From contig CM102286.1 in the NCBI GenBank assembly GCA_046563655.1, positions 10,788,001-10,852,000 of the forward strand: a stretch of 64,000 bases of DNA, written 5' to 3'. This DNA comes from Yuukianura sp. NJ FZ-2021. Its lineage: Eukaryota. Below are positions 1 through 11,734 of this stretch, piece by piece (the first letter of the stretch is position 1; the number at the start of each line of letters is the position of its first letter). Position numbers and translations under genes: made by a program. The notes under the pieces are model-generated. The model had not been told where the DNA came from, searched no databases, and was given only the letters and a program-made list of their open reading frames with translations.

Positions 1-1
1 T

Positions 2-271
2 ATCCAGCGACACGGAGGACAAAAGCCGTTGAACTGCAAATTGTGTCCAATTCAGTTTTTCCTAAAAAGGGACCTAGCTGTCCACGTTAGAGAACATACC
101 GGGGAGAAGCCGTTTGTGTGCCAAGCATGCGCAGGCGAGTTCGCAACGTCGCAGATTTTAAAGAAACATGAACAAAATACTTGTAACAAAAATGAAGCTG
201 AACTACGTCAATACCACCTGAAGTTGGAAAAGCGGGAACTCAGAGTCGTTCTTAAACGAATTCAAATTTAA
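2..271 (+). CDS. C2H2 zinc-finger protein, 3' end (gene starts upstream of window)
   Basis: Open frame from base 2: HGGQKPLNCKLC...HVREHTGEKPFVCQAC...H, with a canonical TGEKPF linker; stop TAA at 269-271. Confidence 0.85.
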   Translation: MQRHGGQKPLNCKLCPIQFFLKRDLAVHVREHTGEKPFVCQACAGEFATSQILKKHEQNTCNKNEAELRQYHLKLEKRELRVVLKRIQI

Positions 272-1077
272 TTTCGTAAAAGCAAAACTTGAACCTTAAA
301 ATTAAATGTTTGAAAAAGCTAATTTAGCTGAACTTACCTATATAAATATTTAATATTTCCAGAATATAATATAATAAGTTTAAATTAGTGTTGAAGTGTA
401 AAATAGCTAAGAAACAACTAGTACTAAAACAGCTTGATTACATTACATGGTATTGTCAACTCTCTTACTTTCAACTCATCTTCAATTCAACTCGACTTAG
501 CGTCTGCAACGCATTCCTTTATCATTTCGATCTTATAATTTTAAGTTTTTCGTAATTTTTTTTTATTAGTTTGTAACTTTATGCCGCGTTCATCTAAAAA
601 TTTTTTGTACGTTTAATTCCTTACTAGTTAAGAGTTAGTTGAACACTTCAAGCATTTCTCAATGTTTTCGGCGTACCAAAACTTTTGGTAGAATTTGGTA
701 GCCGGTCTAAAAGCCGTATCAATTACCAACTGACTAATCGAAAAAATAGCGACTTTTAGTTTTGACGGAGATGTGAAACAGTTCGGCTGACACAACGCTA
801 GATAGTAAATTAGTCAATCCGTCCGAGAAAGCCTCTGAACTGGTCAACCAACCAAAACTACGGCAAGAAGATACCAACTGCTATACTTTTATTTATTATG
901 TAAATTAATTTATAGCCAGACTCTATAATCCGATCTTCATGTACAAACGATTACCATGGCCCCGTGGGCTGAGTGCCCGATGGGCCTAATAAATAAATAA
1001 ATAAATAAATAAATTACCAACTCCCTCCAGAAGACCAATGCTCAACCCTTCAGCATCGCCCTACCTTGTTTATAGTA

Positions 1078-1738
1078 CAAATGCTAAAAAAGAGTTGGAA
1101 GGCAAGTGCGGAAACATTGAGTGAAAATTGATGCCTGAACCATTTTCAATGAGGAATCCAAAAATGTAATTTGTTTTCTCCCAGCTTCGGTCCCGTTTTT
1201 CAACTTTTTCGAAATTTCACTTTTTTAAGGCAAAAATGCTGAAAAAGAGTTGGAAGGCAAGTGCGGAAACATTGAGTGAAAATTGATTTCTGAACCATTT
1301 TCAATGAGGAATCCAAAAATGTAATTTGTTTTCTCCCAGCTTCGGTCCCGTTTTTCAACTTTTTTGAAATTGCACTTTTTTAGAGCAAAAATGCTAAAAA
1401 AGAGTTGGAAGGCAAGTGCGGAAACATTGAGTGAAAATTGATTCCTGAACCATTTTCAATGAGGAATCCAAAAATGTAATTTGTTTTTACCCAGCTTCGG
1501 TCCCGTTTTTCAACTTTTTAGAAATTGCACTTTTTTAGAGTAAAAATGCTAAAAAGGAGTTGGAAGGCAAGTGCGAAAACATTGAGTGGAAATTGATTTC
1601 TGAACCATTTTCAATGAGGAATCCAAAAATGTAATTTGTTTTTACCCAGCTTCGGTCCCGTTTTTCAACTTTTTTGAAATTGCACTTTTTTAGAGTAAAA
1701 ATGCTAAAAAGGAGTTGGAAGGCAAGTGCGGAAACATT
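1078..1738. repeat. 155-bp tandem repeat, about 4.3 copies
   Basis: GAGTTGGAAGGCAAGTGCG recurs at about 1092, 1247, 1402, 1557 and 1712. Confidence 0.95.
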
Positions 1739-2569
1739 TGTTTTACTTTTCAGGAAAAATATTGGGAAAACAGGTTCGAAAACCAATAGGGATATACTGG
1801 GTGAAAGTTATTTCCTAGTTATGTTAAATGATTGGTTTTTTTAAAAACTTCTCCGTTGGAGCAAGTTATTTGAAACAATAGCATGGAGCCTGTGGTTTGT
1901 TCCTAGTTTTTGCAAAAAGTATTTCGAGATGCGAGGGAAACTCCTTCAAGTTAGATAGAGAATGATAATAGTTTACGAATGTTTTGCTTTAAATTAAATG
2001 TTTAAATTACTTATAAAAACACATTGGAATACATTTGTACGCCAAAATACGTGTTCTTTAGCATTTTTCTGACATATCCGACAATTCTGAGGATTAGTCA
2101 GCCCCGTGTACACCGCGAGGAGAATTAAATTGACGATTCTGAGGATTAGTCGGGCCCTCCTATACCGCGGTTAAACCGCGGTCCAAATTCACGCAGGTTG
2201 AATTTTCTCGGTTTCATGAGATGCATTTAGCGTTGGTTGATCTTCTCTCTGCATCTTCTGGTCACATCATCTGTTTTCATTTTGCAAGATTGAGGAGTTT
2301 GGAAGGAAGGAAATTTGAAGAGGACGAGTATCGATCAACATGAGGTCAAAGGTCACTGATTTCCAGTAATGTCAACAACATGCACTGACTAACCAAAACT
2401 ACTACGCTGACAGAATTTTGAGGTAAAAGACGTTTAACAAGTTCACGTTTCAGGTTCAAGCATTGGATGGAACATTACAGTAAAATTTATTAGCAGTAAC
2501 TACAAATTATACTGTTTTCCCCTAAAATTTCACCCACTACTGCATTTCTTGTATTTATTTTTCCAGACG

Positions 2570-4683
2570 ATGACGAGACAACATGTCCTCACTCGCCTAC
2601 TATGTATTTTTTTAACATCGCAATTTCCAGTGCGGGCCGAAGAGTTAGCTCAAAGTTTAATTGAAAACAATTCAACCAACTTCCTGTTCCAGGAAAGAGC
2701 TGATGACCTTCCGATCAGTCCCTCAGAAACTACTGTCTGGGGCCCTGGACTCAGACCTCATGAAATTGTACTGCCTGCGAGATACTTTTATGTTGAACTC
2801 AAAGGAAGAGGTGGTAAGAAGTAAGCAAGTTAATAAGTGTATTGTGCATCTTTAGCATAAGCGGATACTAAATTATTAATCGGTTTAAAGGTTAAAACGA
2901 AAAGACGTTGACAAGGATGAGCTTCGCGTACGAATCGATTGTTCGGGTGATCGCGAAGTGTGGACTCAAGTGCTGAGTGCCGGAGACGAGGATGAAGCTG
3001 TCTTTGTCGTCAGATACAAAACGCTTCAGTCGTGTCACAACGAATTTCGAATCATCATTACGTATTCTCATATGCATTTGGCCCATTCCCCAATACTGAT
3101 TAGCGGTACAATTCTAGCAATTCTTATAGATGGATATGGAGAATTGAATATTTGGAAACTGAAATGAAATTGTCTTTTACAGCTCCAGTACTTCCAGATG
3201 CTTGTGACTGTCCACAAGTACCAGCAAAGGAGTGGCTTGAAAGTGTCGGATGTCCAAAAAGTAACGAACAGTTGACGAGTGACCTTCGACCATTTCCGAA
3301 TGGTTCGGTCGATTTCGACAAAGTTGTTGAAGCCGTGTTAAACAAATTCCATCGACCCAGTTCTCACAGTTTTTGTCACTATGCAATCGTGAAGAATGTC
3401 GTGAGTTTTTTAATTGACTAAATACAATTACTAAATTCTTCGGAAAAGAAATCGTTTGAGTAATCGTTAACATTTTATATTGCTTACTTTGCTTAATCAG
3501 GTGTATCGAAAATGTTATGGTGAGCATACCGGTTTCCATATTTTTCCGGATGCAATTCTTCTGTTCCTCACTCGCCGGATGTGGATGCCCGATGTAGAAT
3601 TTATTATGAACCTTGGCGACTGGCCACTGGTGAAAACCGAAAAGTCGAAAACCAACGACCTTCTACTACCAATTTTTTCTTGGTGTAAAACTGCTCAAAA
3701 CCTGGACATTATAGTTCCAACTTATGAACTTACGGAGGCATCTCTAGAAATGATGGGCAGGTACACTCGCAATAATTTATACAAATTATTGATCTCCAAA
3801 ATGATTGACGACTTCACAAGTTTGTTGCAGAGTATCTGTTGACATGGTCAGTGTTCAAGGAAACGTTGGAGTTCCATGGAACGACAAAAAGGCAAAACTG
3901 TTTTGGCGTGGACGAGATTCTCGTGAAGAACGATTACACTTGATTCGGATCGGTCGAGCGCATTCGGGCCTTTTTAATGTTTCCTTAACCAATTTTTTCT
4001 TCTTCCGAGATAGAATGGACGAATTCGGTCCAAAAGAACCTCAAGTCTCTTTCTTTACTTTTTTCAACGTAAGTTATCATTTTTTGACAGATTGAAGTCG
4101 ATTTTTGCTTACAAAGGTGTTGTGATTGACTAATTTCAGTACAAATATCAATTGAACATCGATGGCACAGTGGCCTCGTATAGGTTTCCATTTTTGCTGG
4201 CAGGGGACGCTGTTGTGTTCAAAGTAGATTCAGCCTACATTGAACACTTCTACCGTGACCTTTCGCCGCTGACTCACTACATTCCAGTCAAAGACAACAT
4301 GGACGACCTAGTGGACAAGGTCAAGTGGGCTCTCGAGAATGACGAAATGGTCAAGGCCATTGGGGACAACGGGAGAAAATATGCCAGAGAGAATCTGATG
4401 CCATTAGACGTTTTTTGTTACCATGCATCTGCGTATACCGTAAGCGAGAAACAACAGATAAACTGGCTAGATTTTCCTGCAAACACTGATTCGGTTTTGG
4501 AGTGCATTAATCGCTTAATATTAAATAATCAAAACTATTTCTTAGGAATGGGCACAAAGACTAAAGAAACCCATTTTTGTTCGACCTGGAATGGAAGTCG
4601 TTAAGCAAGCCAAAGTGAGCCATGGAAGAATATGCGACTGTCATGCACATCTAACTGATGCCAAGGGGAAACTGGAGCTTTAA
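2570..4683 (+). CDS. POGLUT2: KDEL-motif-containing protein / protein O-glucosyltransferase 2-3 family (filamin-like + GT90/CAP10 domain); about 7 coding exons
   Basis: Signal-peptide-like N-terminus; motifs [41 protein letters not shown] and [18 protein letters not shown]. Approximate exons 2570-2820, 2891-3105, 3183-3401, 3501-3760, 3830-4068, 4140-4439, 4547-4683; ends GKLEL-stop. Confidence 0.9.
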
Positions 4684-6015
4684 CCGTGTCACAAAACCAG
4701 TGGTGTTATGAAAACTAATATAACTAATAATTAAACTGCTTAGTTCATGCATGACATGTTAAAAATTAAGCAACAGTGGGTACGGTTGAAACCGAACAAA
4801 CCAGACAGTAAAGTTGTTGCGGCGTATCCGGTCTGAAAGAGGCTTAATGCTCAAAAACATAACTCAAGTTTTTGGAAAGTGATAAATTTGTGCTGTGCAT
4901 TTTTAGCAATGCATGTATACCTCAATTTGAATCACGAGACAAGACAATTTATGACAACCAGTTAAAACTTAGCACGAGTTTCCCCTGCGAGCTGTTCGAA
5001 AACTTGGCAAATAATGTTATCTTTCATTGTCACACATTTAATTATGTTATCTGCATTTATTTGTTCATCATACACTAGCAGTAGCTGTGCTCGTCATAAA
5101 GTTAAAAACACTCGAAAAGATACTATAAGAAAGCAATTATTTTCCAATGCAATTACAGAAATTTAATATGAAGAGTATAATAGGGAGTTTGCGTTTTCCG
5201 GAGGTTATAGAATTTATACACTTTAAGGAACTTATGCAGCCAAATGACGTCACTTTCATTGATCACGTGGTTAAAATATTAAATTCTATTAATTAGAAAC
5301 CAACAGTTTGCGCTAAATTTGACCAAACCAAAATTTATAGAATTTATCCCCTTTATAGAATTTATCTATCCAAATGACGTCACTTCAGCTGGTCACATGG
5401 TACTTTTCCAACTTATGCCATTTATAGATCAATTCTATAAAGTTGTGGTTTCAGAAAAGTTGAAAAATTGATGCGGACGTTCAGGCTTCTTTTAAAACCG
5501 GGAAAATGGCTGACACTTAACGGGATAGTCAAATCTATACTACCCTGAAATGTATTTAGCTTCACTGGGCATTAAATTAATCAATTTGGTTCTAAAAATG
5601 CCAAGTTCATAGGTAACAAACGTTAATGCTAGTGCAAAGCAACCTACGATAAGTTGCATTACCATGACATTTGGAACGGTAATGAAGCTTATTCCAGGAG
5701 CTTAACCTTCTTAATCCATGACAATTAGACTGTGGATTCTGGGTGAATGCATTACCAGCAGTGTTGCTGGATAACCACTTTTCGACATTTCATCCACGGC
5801 TGGATATCCAGTGCAAGAAATGCACGAAATGGATTAATCTAAAGGGGCGGAACTTTGCCCGCGAGGTATGAATAATTTGAAAATAATCAGAGGAAAGAAA
5901 TTAAAAAAAAAACTACAAAAGCAACAACAAATCGTTGCACATTCTAATACCAACACCAATTTGCAAAAGCGGTTTAAATAGTTAATTTAATTATAATATA
6001 ATATTTTATTTAAAC

Positions 6016-6224
6016 TGCTTGATGAAATCTTGCTAAGTGTGAGGAATGCCTCAAATTTCCGCTTGATGAAATCTAGCTATGTCTGAGGATTGCCTAAAAT
6101 TTCCGCTTGATGAAATCTAGCTAAGTGTGAGGAATGCCTAAAATTTCCGCTTGATGAAATCTAGCTAAGTGTGAGGAATGCCTCAAATTTCCGCTTGATG
6201 AAATCTAGCTATGTCTGAGGAATA
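6016..6224. repeat. ~41-bp tandem repeat inside the hAT element (continues at 7530-7620 after the pogo insertion)
   Basis: GCTTGATGAAATCTAGCTAAGTGTGAGGAATGCC-like unit repeated about 5 times; the array resumes after 7529. Confidence 0.9.
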
Positions 6225-7527
6225 CCGTATTTTCCCAAATAGTACACCTGGTGTACTAATTTTGTTTTCGACTTCTGGGGGTGGTGTACTATTAGGGACC
6301 TGGTGTATTATTAGAGACGGTGTACTAATTAATTTTTTAAGAATGAGGATTTTATTCTTAGCTAAAACGTTTAGGAATCAGGAGAAAATAATTTCTAAAT
6401 TACTAAAAACTACTCCACTTCGTTTTCAGAATCCGTATCCACAGTGTCCAGCTCGTATTCTTCTTCTCCACTTGAGTCAATTAACACTTTGGTAACACAA
6501 TTAAGCTTTGTTCCGTCACCTTTGGCCGCTAGAACAAGCGTTGCGTGTGCCTTCTCATTTCTAGTCGACTTTAGTTGAACAGTTTTAGATCCAGTTGGAG
6601 CAATTGTTGTGTTGCTCAGCATGTCGAACCACAAACTGATTTCATCCATTGCAATAATTTGGGACGGTTCGATCTTACGCTGGCGTACGACTTTACTTAT
6701 AAATGTAGCCAAATCTGCAACTTTTGAAAACAATTGATCCGGATCCTTTTGTCCTACTGTAGTCCTCCGTCTTAATGATAGTGAGTGTCTTTTGAGAAAA
6801 CGATCCAGCCAGCCCAAACTTGCGACGAACTTCGTTCTGTTTCCGTTATCCAATGTTGGGAAAATCCTCTTCGCCTGCTCTTGAATCGAACGCCGTGAGA
6901 CTCTTAACGATTTGTTTCGTTGTTCCATAATCCAGTAAAAGAGTGAATCATTCAACTCAGGTATCAATCGTTTCCGTCCAGCGCCGATCAACCTTTTGTG
7001 TTTGATCTTGGATGATTTCACGTTTGACACTGTAAACAAAATACTGTTTCAGTATGAATGTAATAATTAGGAAAAAATATTTTATTCACAATAAATTACT
7101 CACCTAAATCATTTTCCTTTCTAATCCATGTCCGAATACTCTGTCGATCAATGTTGTATTCTTTAGCAGCTGCCGCAATTGATTTATCCTTGGCCAATTT
7201 CACCACTTTCAATTTGAACTCCAGGTCAAATGATCTTTTTTTGTTGGGAGACATTTTAAAGTAAGAATACGAATTTTAAGTAAAACAATTTGGAGAGAAG
7301 TAACGTGGGGCCAAACACAACAAAGGAAGAGCTATAATAGTAGCTCAGCTAACTGCTCCGGGTGGTATACTCCTAATGCTACATTCCCAAAGACCCTGGT
7401 GTACTATTAGAGACCTGGTGTACTATTTGGGACGGTGTACTAATTAATTTTTCGACTTCTGGGGGTGGTGTACTATTAGGGACCTGGTGTACTATTTAGG
7501 TATGGTGTACTATTAGGGAAAATACGG
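6225..7527 (-). mobile_element. pogo/Tigger-family transposon, internally deleted
   Basis: TIR CCGTATTTTCCC.AATAGTACACC on both ends; TA TSD at 6223-6224 and 7528-7529; repeated GGTGTACTA subterminal motifs; contains a transposase. Confidence 0.9.
6410..7254 (-). pseudogene. pogo transposase (N-terminal HTH + CENP-B HTH + truncated DDE); exons 7254-7104 and 7029-6410
   Basis: MSPNKKRSFDLEFKLKVV...IRTW, then ASLGWLDRFLKRHSLSLRRRTT and IIAMDE...AAKGDGTKL. It then jumps straight to an acidic tail, so most of the DDE domain is missing. The phase-1 GT-AG intron joins in frame. Confidence 0.8.
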
Positions 7528-8753
7528 TACGTAAAATTTCTGCTTGATGAAATTATCTTGCTAAGTCTGAGGAATACGTAAAATTTCTACTTGATGAATT
7601 CTGGCTAAGCCTGAGGAACACCTATTTATTTGAAATTCGCGCTGAATTTTCAAACTCAGCTGATTTCTTCCATCCACCGTCCAGTAGGACCCCATTTCAT
7701 CCACTGGAATTGGATGTCCAGTGGAAGTGGCAATTACGCCACTGGACGTTTAAGCATCCAGCAACACTGATTACCAGGCATTCCTTTCTCAGAACTTTCC
7801 TTCTGAGCAAAATGAGAAAGCTCTGCTCTCTGGCGCCAAATTTATAGAAATTACAGACTTTTAAGTTCTATAATTTCTACAAAGTAAGTTGACGCAGACT
7901 GTTCCTAAAGTTGAAAATTATTAGAAAAACTTTTGTTCTATAAATTCTATAACTTTTTTCTGACATTTATAACGCAAACTCCCTAATATAAGGGAAACTC
8001 CAAATTTCAAAAAGCTAGAAGTTTAATATGAAAGGAAAATGTATTTGTTTTTCGGGGAATTAGTTCCAACACATTTAAATTATCGATATCGCAAAATTTC
8101 CATAATCGTTTTGCCCACATTTCATAAGCAGAGTATATGGAGGTACATTCTACCAGTTCATCAGAAATGAGATTCCAAGTCGAATGTATGCCTTCGTTCT
8201 CTTAATGTATGAAGATCTTGACTGTGGTGTGACGTCAGAAAGGCGGCTAGTTTAAGCGTTCGAATTCACCTCATGCGCGACGTGAGGTGACTAACAGACG
8301 GGACGCATTCTGATTGAATCATGGCCTCGTGAATCGTGATTTACCTTTTGTGTGAATTGCTTCGGTAGCGAAATCCTCATCAAAATTTACGGAAGAAACC
8401 AACCAGTTGACGAAACAACGACTTTGATTGCACTACTGCGGAATCCTCCACTTAAGTCACAGATCATACTTTATTACTAACACAGGTATGTGTTTCTTAA
8501 ATTTCAGAATTCCATAACGTAGCAATTACCACTAACGTTAGTTACTGTTAGTGTTAGTTAATTAATTACCTCGTTAGCTATTGTAAGATCAACACATCAA
8601 ATAACATTTCAATGGTTTAGGTTGGAAAACGTTCCTGGACTGGACCAGACGGGCAAGGCAATTTACCATTAATCCTTCATGCTCTTTTCGGTTTCAGTAT
8701 CAGCAGGGTTATTTATTTGATATGTATATTTAGTTGATAAGAAGCGGACGAAG

Positions 8754-9092
8754 ATGGCAACGCAGAAACATAGAAATTTTGTCTCTGAGCCAATGGGTGA
8801 GAAACCAGTTACAGACTTGCCTGGGATCGGAAATACCTACGGGAATAAATTGGCGCATCAAGGAATTCATAAAGTGAGTAGTCTACTTCTAAGTACATTT
8901 TGTAGAAACGTTACACAAAGCTCGTATTTTCCTTTTGAATAGGCCAAATTCCTGTTTGGGAAGTATCTCGTTTTGAACGAGAATAAAATGCAGTTCATTG
9001 CCTGGCTCAAGCAAGTGACTGGGGCCAACATGCACCAGGCTAGGATGTGCTTCAAATGTCTCAAAGCTTGGGCGGCAAACTTTCTGCACTAA
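8754..9092 (+). CDS. Barrier-to-autointegration factor (BAF)-like protein, 89 aa; exons 8754-8873 and 8943-9092
   Basis: [92 protein letters not shown] signature [16 protein letters not shown]; phase-0 GT-AG intron. Confidence 0.9.
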
Positions 9093-9647
9093 ATTGCAGC
9101 TCATGTCTACCGACTCGTGATGGTTTCCCGGAAACTTCAAAAGTATTATATGGGGTTCAAGAATGGCGACAAAAGGTTATAGTAAAAGTTAAGTAAGTTA
9201 ATATTATCAACAAACACTAAAGTGGAGTATGTAAGTGAAAATCATATTGCAATGACTTTTATATATTTTTATACAAATATGCTAGCATTTCCACTACCTA
9301 GCAACTTATATAATGAACAGGGATCTTAATGATATGTAGTCTCCACGCCATTAGTGTTAATAAAAAAAGTTGTTTACGGGACTTTTGTTGGTACAAATCA
9401 AGGTAACTAAACAAAAAGACACACTGCATTGCTAAGGTAGTATCACGAGCGGTTTTCTAATTGTTTTTTTACGAAAGTTGGTGGTATCCAATGAGGTAAA
9501 TCCGTTCTAAAATTGGTTGAGGTAACCATATGTGTTACTTGTAACCAGTGTTCGATATTTTTTACAAAATCAACTATTTGCCATTGAGTTGCAATGAATT
9601 CTAAGTAATTATAAGTGTAAAACTTGTACAATACCATTTGCCAATCC

Positions 9648-9792
9648 TAATAATATTAATAATAATATTATTATTAATAGTTTAATTAGATTGATTAGAT
9701 TAATAGTTATTAGATCAAACTAATAATATTATTAGTTAATTAATATTAATAATAATAATAATATTAATAATACTAATAATAATATTAGATTA
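9648..9792. repeat. AT-rich low-complexity (TAA/ATT) tract
   Basis: Almost pure A/T made of AATAATATT-type units. Confidence 0.8.
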
Positions 9793-11115
9793 GAGTGGAA
9801 ATGCTGTTGGAGTGTTTTACAGTCACCAGGGATACACTAAACTCGGAATGGCTTACGCTTACGGGAGCTTCCGATTCGCCAAAACTTTTGATGGGCCGGA
9901 AGAAGAACTGAAGAAAATTGGGGTAAAGTTTTCAAAAGTTATTGGAATTTTGAATTTTTCAGTTTTTTTTTTCAGGGTGTGCTGATTTTTTCAGATCAAA
10001 TCAAAAGTGGATCTCCCTGTGGGAAAGAACTTGCAAGATCATATACCGGTTTACGTTTTTCCAATAACTATCAACCGGTCTATCAGCGTCATTTTTGAAC
10101 ATCACCTTGGACTGAGTGGATTTTATGAGTATTGGCAAAGCGCAAAGGTCAAAAACAAAATTTTCCCATCAAAATTTATTTCGATTTTAGTTTCGAAATT
10201 TTCTGGTTTTCATTTTGAGTTCGAGTTGTAAGCAATTTTTCGTTTTGTATAGGAGATCTCACTACACCGTCAGCAATGTCTGGGCAGGGATTCATTAGTA
10301 CTGTACGTGCACAGGCGCGGAATGAATTTGGCGGGAAATGGCCGAATATTCAAATTAGGTTTTTTCCACTGGGTCCTTCAGCAGCTTTCAAAGATAGGAC
10401 TCATAAGGGCCTTGTTTTTTAAGCCATATGTCGCTGGCGAACTGCTGGATGCGCATGACGGACAAGATGGATGGATTCATTCTCTGTCCGATTTTGGTCC
10501 GACCGAGGTCAAAAGGTCATGTGACACTCAAAGACAAAAATCCATTTTCAGATCCACTCATAGGTAAATTATGAACTATTTCCTTCAAAAATATTATTAA
10601 AATATATCTAAGATTTTTATATCTGCTTTTAGATCCCAATTCTTCGAAGATTCGAGGGATCTGAAGACAATGTTGGAAGGTGAGAAAAAAAAACAAAAAA
10701 TTGTGAATTATACGAAATTTTCTATCTTTAGTCTTTAAGTTTCACCCAAGTGCTCCTTTTATAAAATAAATTTTAAAAAAGTGAAAAAAAAAAAAATTGT
10801 GAATCTTAAATTGAAAAGTTTCAATTGATCCTACGAAATTTTCTGCGATCAAGTTCAGTTTGCGGATGATCGAGACCAAATCATTCCAGGAAGTTGGAGT
10901 AACACTGTCACAGCTGTTTGCATTGTCAGATTGCAAATCTCATGAATTCAAAAGTGACGCTTACTGGGAATGCGGCATCCGACATGTTCTCGGCACAGTT
11001 TGGAACGAACTTCAAAATCATCAACTTTGCAAAAAAAATGCATCATAAAAAAGTCTGAAATTTTGAAAAATTCAAAGAGTTTTGGAGGTGAAAGGACTTC
11101 GAGTGATAGACGCGT
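9793..11115 (+). pseudogene. GMC oxidoreductase (glucose dehydrogenase-like) pseudogene, C-terminal half
   Basis: Fragments SPKLLM..GPEEELKKIG, DLPVGKNLQDH, CKSHEFKSDAYWECGIRH and GNANAPAIMIG lie in different frames with deletions; no N-terminal FAD-binding exon seen. Confidence 0.75.
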
Positions 11116-11734
11116 CCATTTTGCCAGTGATTGTCACGGAAATGCAAATGCTCCTGCAATTATGATTGGACATGATTTTGGAGCACTGGGCACATCAGAC
11201 ATTGGTTTGCCGGACAACCGAAATTTTGACACCTCTAAGAGGCCAATGCCACTATGTCTAAAAATCCACCATTAATTTCTTGTTTCTAAGTATAATTTAA
11301 ACATATAAACTTAACATTTCAAATAGAAGAACGCTTTTTGAATTCATATTTTATGAGAGTTTATGATGTTGTTTGTAAATTTTATTTTAAAAATCCGAAA
11401 AATCATTGTATAAGCGACACCTGTAATAATAATAAATGGTTCAATTCAAATGTGGATCTGATCTTAATAAACCTTTGAAAATTTTATTTACAAATACAAC
11501 TGCTGTTCATTTTCATCAAAAACACTTTGGAGCATAAAATATTTTGAAGTGTTAGCCAAAAAACTTGGACTTCCTGTAGCCCACATTTTATGTACCTTAT
11601 TTCAACAAAAAAAAATGTTGATAGATGAACATTTAATGTCCTGAGTTGTTTCAGACGCATTTGCTGCTCATACGAGCAGCAAATATATATACATTAATCT
11701 AAAAGTTGGAAAAGTGAACATCGCAGTGGAATGG

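Larger units (their letters stand above)
5759..7769. mobile_element. Non-autonomous hAT-type element
   Basis: TIR CAGTGTTGCTGGAT / ATCCAGCAACACTG; exact 8-bp TSD ATTACCAG at 5751-5758 and 7770-7777; internal ~41-bp tandem repeats. Confidence 0.85.
5183..7983. mobile_element. Non-autonomous TIR DNA element (outermost of a nested set)
   Basis: TIR GGGAGTTTGCGTT (5183) / AACGCAAACTCCC (ends 7983); inverted subterminal TTATAGAATTTATA motifs; TAATA on both flanks. Confidence 0.75.
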
